64,000 bases of DNA from positions 22,196,001 to 22,260,000 of the forward strand of contig NC_088796.1 in assembly GCF_011386835.1 (NCBI RefSeq), written 5' to 3'. This DNA is from Chrysemys picta bellii. Lineage: Eukaryota. The stretch's first letter is position 1, and the number at the start of each line of letters is the position of its first letter. Positions 1 to 12,560 of this stretch are shown in pieces. The translations under genes were made by a program, and so were the position numbers. The notes under the pieces are model-generated. The model had not been told where the DNA came from. It was given only the letters and a program-made list of their open reading frames with translations, and ran no database searches.

Positions 1-880
1 GGGCCAGGCGCTTCTGCATCTGGGATTGGAGACCAAGGCTGTAAAAAGAGTGGGGTGGTTTTAACTCCATCCCTAGTGTGCAAGAGTCCACACCACAAAA
101 CCATTAACAAATACAGTAATTTGACCCAAACAGCAGGTCAGTACCTGAACAAGCACAAAAGGCTGAATTTCACTTAGAGAGAGGGTGGTCCATCTAGGTC
201 ACGACTCAGGTCAGTGGGTAGGCAATTTAAGGAGGTGTGCAGCTGCCTGCACACGATGTATGGCCAAAGCGTTTCAGACTCCCAGTTACTCCAGCTCTTT
301 ATAAAAAATCATCCAAAATGTAAGAGACACTAAGGGGCTGATCCAAAGCCCGCTGAAGTGAATGGAAAATCTCCCACGGACTATGATGAGCGTTGGATCA
401 GGCTCAAATACAATACTGGGGCCTTCCAAAATAGAACACTTATTTCTTAAAAATCTATATAACAATATTCTTAAGTTAGATTGTGATAAGGAATCATTCC
501 AAAGATATTTTGCATGATGCACTATTAAACTGCCATTTATAAATGGACTAAAATTATTTTTTAAAAACTGTAAAAAAAAAAAATCAGTGTTTTTATTTAA
601 TAAGTGTTTACTAAAACTATGGCCATTCACTAAGTGTAATGTTCCAACCACTGCACACTCCAGGGGCTGAGCAAACCAAACTGAGCAGAGTCAGCCAAAA
701 GAATGTGTGTTCCCAACTCCTCAGTAACCTCTATCCGCACGCAAAAGGAAAGCTGAATCAATCAATCAAAAAAGCTGCAAAGGGACAGATCAGCAGTACC
801 TTAAATTGCCACAACCCGAGTATAGGCCTGAGCCTAACCTGGTAGTCCTTGCATATACAAAACTTCCACTGCAATCAATG

Positions 881-1770
881 AACATAACATAAGCACGGCC
901 ATACTGGATCAGACCAAAGGTCCATCTTGCCCAGTATCCTGTCTTCTGACAGTGGCCAATGCCAGGTGCCCCCAAGGGAATGAACAGAACATGTAATCAT
1001 CAAGTGATCCATCCTCTGTCGCCCATTCCCAGCTTCTGGCAAACAGAGGCTAGGGACACCATCCCTGTCCGTCCTGGCTAATAGCCATTGATAGATCTAT
1101 CTTCCATGAATTTATCTAGTCCTTTTTTGAACTCTGTTATAGACTTGGCCTTCACAACATCCTCTGGCAAAGAGTTCCACAGCTTGACTGTGCTTTGTGT
1201 GAAGAAATACTTCCTTTTGTTTGTTTTAAAACTGCTGCCTATTAATTTTAATTTGGTGACCTTTAGTTCTTGTGTTATAAGGAGTAAATAACACTTCCTT
1301 ATTTACTTTCTCCACACCAGTCTTGATTTTATAGACTTCAATCATATCCCCCCTTAGTCATCTATTTCCAACCTCAAAAGTCCCAGTCTTATTACTCTCT
1401 CCTCATATGGAAGCCGTTCCATACCTCTGATCATTTTTGTTGCCCTTTTCTGAACTTTTTCCAATTACAATATATCTTTTTTTGAGATGGAAGCAACCAC
1501 ATCTGCACGCAATAGTCAAGATGTGGGTGCACCATTGATTTATATAGAGGCAATATGATATTTTCTGTCTTATTATCTATCCCTTTCTTAATGATTCCCA
1601 ACATTCTGTTTACTTTTTTGACTGCCGCTGCACATTGAGTGGATGTTTTCAGAGAACTATCCACAATGACTCCAAGATCTCTTTCTTGAGTGGGAACAGC
1701 TAAGTTAGACCACATCATTTTATATATATAGTTGGGATTATGTTTTCCAATGTGCATTACTTTGCATTTT
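881..1770 (-). mobile_element. CR1 LINE, 5'-truncated 3' fragment
   Basis: Minus ORF 1431-1757 ERDLGVIVDSSLKTSTQCAAAVKKVNRMLGIIKKG...YKSMVHPHLDYCVQ is the CR1 ORF2 C-terminus. TTATG-type tail at 881. Confidence 0.92.
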
Positions 1771-1804
1771 GGAGGGATGGGATTAAGGTTGGGGGACTGT
1801 GGTT

Positions 1805-1980
1805 GTGGTTAAGGCACTGCACTGAGAGTCAAGTGACTTCAGTTCAACTCCCAGCTCTTTCACAAACTTCCTGTATGACTGGGCAGATCACTAGTGGGCT
1901 TTACACTGACTTCAGTAGTCTTTGGATTGGGTCCTTCATTTCTCTATGCCTTACTTTCTCATCTGTGAAACTGAGATGCT
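1805..1980 (+). mobile_element. Degenerate tRNA-derived CORE/MIR-like SINE
   Basis: GGTTAAGGCACTG head, TTCAACTCCCAG B-box remnant, core ...GGGCAGATCAC... and CTCATCTGTGAAA tail motif. Confidence 0.55.
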
Positions 1981-2583
1981 CCAGCCCAGGGATTGTGAGG
2001 AACTTAAAAAAAATCCAACAACAAATAACAAAAGCAATAATACCTCACACAAACCAAGGGCTGCAAAGTAGAAAGGTACAGTAGTTGCAATGCCAATGGA
2101 ATTGTGCCTTTATTGATGTCTCAGTCTCTCAGTGAAGACTTTCCGTTTCCTCTTTGTTTTCCCAAATACTGAACTTTCTTCAGAAAATGGACATGCTGAA
2201 ATGGAGCAAGCTTAGAAAAAACAGCCCCATCTTTAATTTTAGCAAAAAAATGCCAAGCCTCAAATAAATCTCTCTGCAAAAAAGCTCTAAAATCATTTTG
2301 TACTTTTTCTTGAGCCAACAATGAGTCAAAGTCATAGTCTGGATTGCAGAACTGATTGTGTTTCATCTACCACACGAAAGGTCTTCCAGAGTTGCACTAG
2401 ATTTGTGGTCTGACATTCTAAAACGTGCCACTTTCAACTATATGCTGAAATCTGATAAGAATTACCTTCAAGATGCTGCAAATTTCAGATTCTATTCTAA
2501 TCTCACTTACCTAAAAAGTTCCACTCCCTCACTCACATGCATGCAGTATGTGCAGCATTTGGGCCCCAATTCAGGAGACTATG

Positions 2584-2791
2584 TGTAACCCACACACCTC
2601 CTGAGTGTGGTGTTCTGTCCCATCTAGCAGCATGGAGACCACTTAGAGAGAAAGATAAAATGAGTCTGTTCTACAGCCTTAGCTAACAGCCAGTTGGCTC
2701 TACTGCTCACACGGTAGAGGTTCATGCACTAAGCTCCAGAAGTCCCCAGTTTGATCCTGCCTGCCAACGACCGGGGTCTGTTGGCATTACA
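2584..2791 (+). mobile_element. 208-bp solo-LTR-like element with an internal tRNA-like module
   Basis: Ends TGTAAC...TTACA with perfect 4-bp TSD TATG (2580-2583, 2792-2795). A-box/B-box-like segments at ~2704-2716 and 2748-2757. Confidence 0.75.
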
Positions 2792-4648
2792 TATGCACAT
2801 GCTTAAACTACCTTGCTGAATCAATGCCACAGTGAGATAAACTGCAGTACAGGCCCCATTATCTGAACACATAATTAAGCCCACTGAGTACAATTCAGCC
2901 ACCAATATTCCTTTTGGTTTCCAAAGAAATATGTGGCACTTCTCCAAAATATTATTGGCATAAGCAAAACTCAATTATTGTTAATCCCCATTAAAAATTC
3001 CTTCGATTTTTATTATGTGGTCTGAAATCATACGCTTTTAAACCACATGTAAAGCATATGAAATGTTTTTAATGTTCACTCTTGATAAAGTGTGTGACTT
3101 TAAAACTTTGCCATTTAAATCTGTTCAACTTGTTTACATTTCACAAGCGTTTTTAAGAAAAGGGATTAACTTTAATCACATGAATGCTAAATGCTATTGT
3201 GTGGGAGTTTTGTATTTTCAATTAAATGACTATCAATGACTTACAATTATAAACATCAGATCATAACCTCAAAGTCTGCTTTAAGGAAGCAATATATCTT
3301 CAAAAACATTTCCGTTGTGTGGTCTGAATGCTAAAACTTCACTGGCAAAATGTCAGTGCAAACTCAAGTAATTTTAGCTTTTATCCCACAGTAAATATCA
3401 CTCTTCAGCTTTATTCCTCAGAACAAATCAATATTAAGGCTTTGTCAGCACTTTAAAATCTGCATTGATAGCAGCTCTCAATCGCCCAACCGTTTTCAAC
3501 ACCAATTGATGGGGTAGTGTTGATGGTAGCTAGTTGTTGGCGCCCATTGTCACAGACAGCCAATTTTTAAGTGACGACAAAATCTAAACAAGCCAGCTCA
3601 GTAATGAAAGTATAATGTTTTCACTGGCTCGAATACACAGTCAGAGAAATAAAATATTCAGCCTCAGTTGTCCTTTGCTCAGTACTATCCTTTTACTTGG
3701 AGCGTCCTGTAAATCTTTGGGAACACCCTAAACACTTGCCTTGATGTTTACACCTGTCAAACGATGGTGAGCTGTTCTGATATCCGCACCTTAGGGCCTG
3801 CTCCTCAGAGGATGAATGTCTCCTGTAGCAGCCTGTTAGCACAACACTTCTGGGGCCAAAGTAAGCTACACTAGAGTAGCAATGGCTACATACTGCAGTG
3901 TGTTCACAGCCCCTGCCCAACTTCTGTGCAATGGGATATACCCCCTGCCTGCATAGCTGGAGAAGAGAAAGTGCAGGAGATGTGACGAAGGTCTGAAGGA
4001 TAAAGAGCAGAAGCTCCATATGCTGTACTTTTGAGCTAGCCGTTATGCAGCCATTTGGGAGTCTAGCAGTTACCTCTCCTCTTAGATCAAGAGTAACTGC
4101 TACACAATTACTTCTGATGGGGTCCATATGCAGCACATCCCTCAGATCAGGGAAATGCCCCACACAGAACTGGCACACCTACCTAATCCATTAGTAGCTG
4201 TCTTTTAATGGTATCCACTGTAACACCATATCTGAGGCTACATTTAAGCAACTTTTGTCCACTCCAGGCCTTATTCTGTCATCATTAAAAAGAAGCCTAT
4301 TAGTAGTTTTTGTACCTGGGAGTACTGTACTCAAATTATTCTTCCAACTCCATACAGAATGATCTCACACACAACTATTTGTTCTGAAAAACCAGGGTCA
4401 TTCCCAAAAGATAACCCAAATGCACTGTTCCACAACTGATTGACCCAGACAGTTTTTTTTTAACCTAACATGTCAGATATCAAAAATATGAGTCAACAGT
4501 ATGGCAAAGTTTCCACTTGTAATGTAATAGAAAGTATTACAAAGATGAAGTTCTAAATTGTGTATATCTGGTGCAATAGGACACTTGCATAGATTCTCAT
4601 ACAACCTTCATGCCCCTTCATTGTTTTCAATACTGTATTACATAAACA

Positions 4649-4686
<38 letters not shown>
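4649..4686. repeat. (TC)n(AC)n compound microsatellite
   Basis: Directly visible. Confidence 0.95.
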
Positions 4687-7600
4687 CCCTACCTACCTGT
4701 TAGCGGCAATGCAGCATTTTGTGACATAGATCCTACAAATCAGTGGAGAGGGAAGTTGGACCTTTTAGATACAAATGTTGCTTTTTAAATTAAATATGTT
4801 AGTGCTTAGATCTTAATTGTCACATTACAGACAAGTGCATGTCACACCTCTGTTTTTCAGCTGCATTAGGTCACCTAGACTGTACCATGACTCGTTTTTA
4901 CCATGTCACAGTCCAGTTATCATACCACAGCAAGAAAGCCTGTGACAAGTCTCTTGGTTCACTGACATAAATATACCACAGTTTTGGGCAAACTCAACTC
5001 ACATTTTTAATTAATCTCGATTATGTTGTGTTACAGAAGTTTACACAGGTAGCTATACTGTCAGCTGGTGTAAGCTGACTAAGGTCCATTAATGGAGCTA
5101 TGCCACTTTATGCCAGCTGGGAATCTGAATGCTATCCAACCAGAAGAAAACTACATTCCACTTTGCTCATCCCAGAGTTTTTTGAAAAGGTACTTTATTA
5201 ATGTCTATATATAATGCTCAGTTTACTCATGCTGATTCTAATAATTTAGATCACAATAAAAACAGAAATATTTTAAAATACATTACAGTGTTAGCCTATA
5301 TTTCAGTTTCCCTTTAAATAACATGAACAATATCAGTGCAAGATTACATCTGTCACAGTTTAAAATACTATTTCATGTCTCACTGTAATCCATGCATTAG
5401 TTATGGATATTGGGAATTGTCACAAATCTTTATACTGTTAAACCCCAGTGATAGATTTTTGCATTTGGATCTCTGATTTAGTCGACAGATGTGTGAGATC
5501 ACATGTATTCTGAGACCTACCCATGCCTCTCAGGAGACTGAAGAACACAAATTATCTCAAAACTTTTCCCTCCAGATTTGCCTGTTTCAGATGGTTCCAA
5601 GCAACTAAACGTTTCTTATGGTCTTCCCCTGTTTTTGCTCAAGTTGTACCCCTTAGGAGATGTTTGCGCAAGACAAGAGCACAAGACATGGTCATACTAT
5701 TGAGACCTGAATTAAATACAGAAACTGTTACTAACCCATAATAAGTAAATAGACAAACTTAGGCACCCAGACAGATGTATGTGGCCCCCCCTTTTTAAGA
5801 TGCCACAATGAATATGTATTTTTGTTTTTCCTTATATTAGAGATCATAATTCAATAATACAAAACTGATTTGAACCAAAATTCCTTAAGCAGCAGCACCA
5901 CCAGATGAGTTAAAATATCAGGCCAATTTTTTTCAAATTGCTGTTGCATCCAGATAAACTGCCTGATTTTCATTTTTGTGAGCATGCACAGCTGCTGTTG
6001 AAGTCAATCAGAACAGCAGGTACTCCGCACCCCTGAAGATCAGGCCACTTATTAAGCAGATTAAATATGAATTTGTTTTAGTTTAGGAACCCGAAGTTTT
6101 GAAACATTGGCCCCCAGTGTGCACTCTTCAGAAGCGTCTAACTGTGAAAACACTCCAAAACATGTGACACGCAACTATTTTGTGCTTACTTTTCTATTTC
6201 ATTAATAGATTAATAGAAGGAACCACTATGATCATTTAGTCTAATCTCCTGCATAGCGCAGGCTGAAGAACATCACTGAGTAAATTCCATCAGTGGTTGG
6301 AAATACTCGTCAAGCCATGAGTGAATTTTACTGGTCTTCCTTATTGCTATACATGATGAACTATTTAAGTTACTAAACCATCACTATGTGCACATTCTAG
6401 ACTGAGTAACCATGTGATTACATTGCTGTAAATTTAGTCCTTCTTTGCCCTGTCCCCTCATCACAGTTAGTCATCACCCCTCCGATTCTGTTACGTCTCA
6501 AATTTTGTTTGGAATTTTGTTCTGTGAAGTAACTAGAATGCCTGTGGGCATTGTCAAGGCCCACAGTCTGCTGCTTTACTAATACTGAGTAATCTTACTT
6601 TGTGACAAGTCTCATTAAAATCAACAGAAGGGGGGCAGAAACAGGCCCACAATTATATTTTTACTCCAGTATTTGTAACTGAAACCTTGACTTCTAACAT
6701 AACATTCAAAAATGATTTTCTGCTCCTCCTGTACACTGCTTCTGACTACATTTTCCCCAGGACTTGTTTATTTTTACTTTATTCTATAGGCCAAAGTCTT
6801 CATTAAATAGTAAGACACTCTGCTTATCAGAAAATATTCCATAATTATGCAATTTCTGTGCAAGATAGGAACCATGGATCCAGCCTCCACATCTGGCCAC
6901 TGATTCAGCTCAAAATTATCTGTCCTTGCAGAACTTTATGTTTTTAAAGTTAACTTTCCATCACTGTGACCCGGGAACACAGACACATGGAGAGGTTCCA
7001 GGAAGAGGCAAGCTCATTCGAATGGATTAGCAATCCTAATTAGGATTCTTGCTGTCCTGTAGGATAGACAGGATGTATTTTCCTTCTTTGTGCCCTTAAG
7101 CAAACTAAGGACCTGACCCATCAGCCCTTGGGACACACCATTTCTGTGTGAGAGATAATGCTCCTGTCCCCAGAGTATCAGATTACCACTGGTATCAATC
7201 AAACTCTTCATATTACTAGCAAGCTCTCCAGTCTCAACCATCACTTCATTTTCAGCTTTTATTGACATAACTGCTGCTCCCTCTGTTACTCCAATTTTAA
7301 GGGTCACTGGAGAGTTAGACTCCAGGTCATTCCACTGCACCACAAAAGGTCCATGTTACTATTCAATGGACAAGAATCTGTGACCCTCCCCAAAGCACTG
7401 TAAAAAAAGGGAACAGAACAACTAACCTCTCATTCTTCTAAGGGGGAAAAAAACCCAGAGCTAATACCAACAGGCTTTGTACCCAATTTGAATGGGCAAC
7501 ATACAGGTTAAATGCTCTCTATTGTTTTGCCTGTATCCTGAGCCATCCAGTCCCAAAATTGCTATATATGGTGACTTAAATAAAGGGCGAAGTTCTGCTC

Positions 7601-8384
7601 TTTTACCCACATCTATAGAAACCGTCTCTCATGTTATAATTAACATTTGCTTTGTGCAGTATAGCTACAGATTATTGTAAAGAGATCCCCAGAGCACGAG
7701 TAGAAGAATATAGCCCAAATACCATATCCTTCCTTCCAACCCAATAAAATAGAACTGTTGAGTAATTTTCAGAATAGACATTGTCAAGTAACATTGTTTC
7801 CCAAGAATTAATGCCTGTGAATGACATTAAGGCTCTAACTCCTTTTAGCTTTTAATCATTCCACACACAAAATTTAACATGATTTAGGAACACAACAAAA
7901 AGTCTGACATTTTAAAAAGGCACATCATCCTTTTAGTATAAAGAATAATCATTTCAGAGGAAAATTTAACATCTGGGCTAAGGCCATGTCTACATTACAA
8001 ACTTTGGTTGATGCAAGTTTCATCAGCATAAAGCTGCTGCAGCTAATATAGTGCTTGTGCACGTCCATACTTGACTCCTTGCGTCGGCGCTGCACATACT
8101 CACCAGGAGTGCTCGTGTCACTGCATAGTGTGATGCACCATGGGTAGATATCCCAGAGTGCAACCCACTACCATCCAGCGTACCCTCTTTTGGGAGTGTT
8201 AGCAAAGCATGGTGGGGCAGAAATGAGTCCTGCAGAGCTGCCTGGGAGCCAGGGGACAACTTCCCCGTGTGCAACTGTCTCCAGTCTGTAATGTCATCTA
8301 TATCCCATAATTTTTGCACCTTTTTTTAAAAATCCCATGAACTCATGTGGCATTCCTCACTGTCCACCAAGTCTGGCAGGAACA

Positions 8385-8645
8385 TGGAGCCTGCCACGCC
8401 TCCGCACTATTGTCATAAGCACAGGACACACAATCCACTGATACTTGCAGAACCATAAGCAGAACCAGATCAGCAAGGAACATGACGATTTCCTAGAGGG
8501 CAGATTGTTGTTGGACATAGTGAGAACCAATTCAAGGTTGCTGGTGGTGTTCAAACAACTACAGATGGTGGCCATTTCTGGGCCTGAGAAATAAGCACGG
8601 ACTGGTAGGACCGCATCGTAATGCAGGCTTGGGATAATGAGCAGT
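8385..8645 (+). pseudogene. Harbinger transposase N-terminal remnant
   Basis: Frame near 8570-8645 reads HFWA*EISTDW*DRIVMQAWDNEQ, the typical Harbinger 'FWARETSTDWWDRIV' segment. The sequence then breaks off. Confidence 0.7.
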
Positions 8646-8649
8646 CTCC

Positions 8650-10090
8650 CTCTCCTTTTCCTGCTGGGACTCCTGCTTCTTTCTCCTGGCTGCAGCGTTT
8701 TCCCTCCGGGACCTTTGCTCATTGTCTGGCTGGCGGGATCTCATTGAACATCTCATCCTGAGTCCCCTCCTTTCTCCTCCTTATTTGGCTTGGGTGTTCT
8801 GTGGGTATGGAGGGAGCCCCTCAAGGCCACAATGGCAGCAGCTGCAGATAAAACACACAGCAGTACCATGGCTCGTATAGTCACAACAGAAAGTGAACGT
8901 TAATATTCAGTACTCCCTTCCCTTGCTCCCATAAAGCTTTAAACAAGACAGGCTAATTGACACCTCTGCTTCGGAGTGCTTGGGCACAGTGCCACTCACA
9001 GCACCAGGGGTGAGGGAAAAGAGGAAGGAATCGCTCAGTTGCATGAAACGATGAGTATAGGACAAATGCACTGAATACTGGCACCGTTTTCCACAGGCAG
9101 TGGTGATTTTAGCTGATCTCTCATTCCTGAGGGTAACAAAGGCACAGAGCACAGCTGTTGATGGTGTCCCAAAGCAACCTGGGCCTTTATGCTGCTAGCC
9201 TGTGTACTGCACTGGTGTCTTCTGAAGTTATCTGGTGTGGGAAAGTGTCCTACCATGGAGGAAGAACTAAGGCTGCCATCCCTAGAACCCTTCAGGAGAG
9301 GACTGCATAGTGCCTCCAAGAAAGTTTCACCAAGATATCTCAGGAGGATTCAAGGTGGGGACAAATAAACTGCTTCACATGGCCCCACTTTGCCTAACTC
9401 AACAGGGGAATGAAAAGCAGATAACATTACCTCTCTTTGTTGTACTGCTACCTCTTCCAATATGAGTAATTTAATGAAAAGCTGACAGCTGTGTCCTGTT
9501 AAATTGGGGGCGCCATCAGTACCTCACTGTAATGGGAAATACTATTACATCCTTACTCAAGGTAACCTCCCCTGCATTAGGCTCACCTGTGCTCAACAGC
9601 CAGGACTGCGGTGGAGTCTCAAACAGGTCCTGGCTTGTGATGTAGCTGGATCCCGTTGGTCGCATGTCCCCTGTCCTTCTCTTCTTCCTTCTCCACCTCC
9701 TCCTCCACCTCACTGTTCATGACAAGGGCCTGCAGCTCAGGCTTCTCAGAGGTATCCATAGGGCCATGCGGTGGGGGGGAGCTCTGCCAAGTCTGGCATT
9801 CAGCTCTCTGGAAAAGCAGCAGGTCTGCCACTTGGCACCAGATTGACTGTCAGCCTCTGTGGCCTTCTGATATGTCTGCCTCAGTTTCTCTGCTTTCACA
9901 TGGCACTATTGCTGGTCCCTGTCCCTGCATTCCCCAGGCAGTCTGCTCATAGATGTCCACGATTCTACAGCTGGCTTGTAGTTGTGCCTGCATAGCCACT
10001 TCTTCCCATAAGCCCAGGAGATCCAATATCTCTGGTCTACTCCAAGCTGGAGGGCATCTGGAGCATGTAGCCAGTATGGTCAGCAATGGA
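8650..10090 (-). pseudogene. Harbinger Myb/SANT-like DNA-binding protein gene (disrupted, one intron)
   Basis: AWSRPEILDLLGLW and KAEKLRQTYQKA Myb/SANT motifs, then an acidic EEEVEKEEE tract. Apparent intron 9556-8842 (GTAAGG ... TTTTATCTGCAG). Confidence 0.75.
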
Positions 10091-10761
10091 GAGCTGCTAG
10101 GTGTGTGTCCTCACCAAGATGGACAATCAGGAAAAGGCATTTCAAAAATTTGCAGGGCTTTAAAGTGGAGGGGGCCTTCTGGTCTCTATGACCCCTGGGC
10201 AGCAGAGTTCACAACTGTGACCAGAGTGATCAGTGTTCAGTGTTGTGGGATAGCCACTGGAGGACTAATAGGGTTGATGTAAGTAATGCAGTGTCTACAC
10301 TTGCACTGAGTTGAACTCAATACATTGACAGTGGCTCAACTGTAACCAGGCGTTTCCATGGGTCAGAGACAAATTCAAGTGACGACACATCCACAACTAG
10401 GTTGACCCAAGGCAGCTTCCATTGACCTAATTTTATAGTGTAGACCAGGCCGTAGACACTATGAAGTGTATATTAACAAGCTGGACACGTATAACAGAAT
10501 CATGGGAAAGTTTGCAAAACATTCTATTTTAAATACAAGTCTGTTTCTTAGCAAATATTTTCTGTTTCTCCTTTCCTAGGAACATTTATTCCATAGCAAC
10601 AATGATACTGTAGACCAGCATTGAAGTTTCATGAGAAGACAACTGTCACAGGAAGTGGACTGCAACCTGGAACTCACTTCCACAAGAGATAAGGGTGCTC
10701 ATACTTGCTACTTTCAAGAACAAAACTAAAGGCCTGACCAAACTCCCAAAGAAAACAGATG

Positions 10762-10985
10762 GTCCACTGGTTAGGGCACTAGCCTTGGACTTGTGATACC
10801 TAGCTTCAATTCCCTTAGGGTTGCCAACCCTCCAGGATTGGCCTGGAGTCTCCAGGAATTAAAGATTAATCTTTAATTAAAGATTATATATCTGATTAAA
10901 TCTTCAAGAATACGTCCAACCAAAAGTGGCAACCCTAATTCCCTACTCTGCCACAGACTTCCTGTGTGACACTGGACATATCATA
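10762..10985 (+). mobile_element. CORE-type SINE interrupted by a MITE
   Basis: GGTCCACTGGTTAGGGCACTAGCC head. TTCAATTCCCT|...|ATTCCCTACTCTGCCACAGACTTCCTGTGTGAC continues across the insertion. Confidence 0.7.
10816..10937. mobile_element. hAT (Blackjack-like) MITE
   Basis: TIR TAGGGTTGCCA / TGGCAACCCTA with TSD (A)ATTCCCT on both sides. Confidence 0.85.
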
Positions 10986-11192
10986 AGGGGCCTGTTTTCC
11001 TGCAGAGTTTGCTCAAGGTACAATTTGAGTATTGTCCCTAACCTGACTCCTGTCCACACCCAAACATTTTCTATATATATAAAATATATTCTATATTATA
11101 TATTTCTATATAATTCATCAGTTGCTAATCCAATCACCCAGAGCTCTAATGAGATCACTCTGGAGAGTCATTTTGCAGTGTGGCATCTTGAA

Positions 11193-12560
11193 GGCCATAT
11201 TCACACTACAAAGTTTGGTTGATGTAAGTTATGCACATATATTGTACATGAGCTGCACACTTTGGGGCTTGCATCAGCACTGCATATATTCACCAGGCAT
11301 GGTTGCATGGATGGAAAACACAATGCACCAAGGATAGGTATCCCAGAGTGTCTTGCGTTTAGGGTGACCAGGTGTCCAGTTTTCAACCAGAACACCTGGT
11401 TGAAAAGGGACCCTGGCAGCTCCAGTCAGCACCCCCAGACGGAGCCCCCACCCCAACCACCTGCCCCAGCCTGGAGCCCTCTCCTACACCCTGAACCCCT
11501 AATTTCTGGCCCCACCCCAGAGCCCGCACCCCCTACCCCAGCCCAGTGAAAGTGACTGAGGGTGGGAGAGAGCAAGCCACCGAGGGAGGGAGAATGTAGT
11601 GAGCGGGGAGCAGGGCCTTGCGGGAAGGGGCGGTGCTAGGGGGTTTGGGTTTGTGCGATCAGAACATTGGCAATCCTACCTACGTTGCTGTCCTGCACAA
11701 TGTCTTATGGGACATATTTGCAGTGCTTTGTAGGATACTAACAATTCATCCATGAATTTCCAGGACCCAGGGGTCAAGTTCCCATAATGCCACTTTTTCC
11801 ATCCCATAATGCTTATTTCATCCCATAATTTCTGCAGTTTTTTAAACCTCCCATGGTCACGCGTGCTACTTCTCAGTCTCCACCATCTCTCCAGCAGAAG
11901 CAGGGATCCTGCAGAGCTCAGCACAATTCTAATGACCGTTGCTAATACAGGATGCACAATTCTCTTGTATTTGCGGAACTTCAGCTAATACTCTATAACC
12001 GGGTGTGCGAGGAGGAAGAAGAGGAGATGTTTTGATGCCCATGAAATGCCAGGTTGCTGCTGGCTTTCATGGAACAGCTCCATATGGTGGAGTGGAGCTT
12101 TTGGGCCCGAGGAACAAGCACAGGTTGGTGGGCTCACATTATAATGCAAGTCTGAGATGACGAGCAGTAGCTGCAGAACTTTCAGCTGTGGAAAGCCACG
12201 TTCTTGGATTGGTGTGATAAGCTTGTCCCAGCCCTCCAGAGCAGGGACACCAGAATGAAAGCTGCACTGACAGTGGAGAAGCAAGTGGCAATCACACTCT
12301 GAAAGCTTGCAACTCTCGATTGCTTTCGGTCAGTGGGCAATCAGTTTGGAGTTGGAAAATCCAGCCTGGGGGCCGTTGTCATCCAAATGTACAAGGCCCG
12401 TAAGCATATCCTGGTGCACAGGACTGTGACTGTCAGCAATATGCAGGACATAGTGGATGAATTTGAAGCAGTGCGGATCCCAAACTGCAGTGGGGCAATA
12501 GACGGCAAACATATCCCTGTTCTGGCACCACCCCAGCTTGCCAGTGGGTACAGAAATAAG
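11193..12560 (+). mobile_element. Second Harbinger copy, 3'-truncated, with transposase pseudogene
   Basis: Left end GGCCATATTCACACTACAAAGTTTGGTTGATG resembles 7982. Transposase ...GNQFGVGKSSLGAVV...IPNCSGAIDGKHIPVLAPP at 12333-12560 (DDE_Tnp_4/HARBI1-like), with stops upstream. Confidence 0.88.
11360..11678. mobile_element. hAT (Blackjack-like) MITE nested in Harbinger
   Basis: TAGGGTGACCA ... TGGCAATCCTA. Degenerate 8-bp TSD CTTGCGTT/CCTACGTT. Related to 55673-56305. Confidence 0.8.

Larger units (their letters stand above)
7982..10451. mobile_element. PIF/Harbinger DNA transposon, internally deleted
   Basis: TIRs GGCCATGTCTACATTACAAA (7982) and TTTATAGTGTAGACCAGGCC (10451), with TAA to the left. 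Transposase N-terminal remnant on + and Myb/SANT-like gene on -. Confidence 0.88.

Noticed and set aside
2696-2770. Functional tRNA gene
   Set aside because: B box is degenerate, there is no clean cloverleaf, and it sits inside a TSD-flanked repeat.
3693-4178. 161-aa minus-strand ORF as a possible exon or retrogene
   Set aside because: No similarity to any protein I recognise and no convincing splice boundaries. It could be an unrecognised old repeat.
7014-7343. 109-aa ORF with protein-like composition
   Set aside because: Starts at GTG with no recognisable homology. A tblastn search would be needed to revive it.
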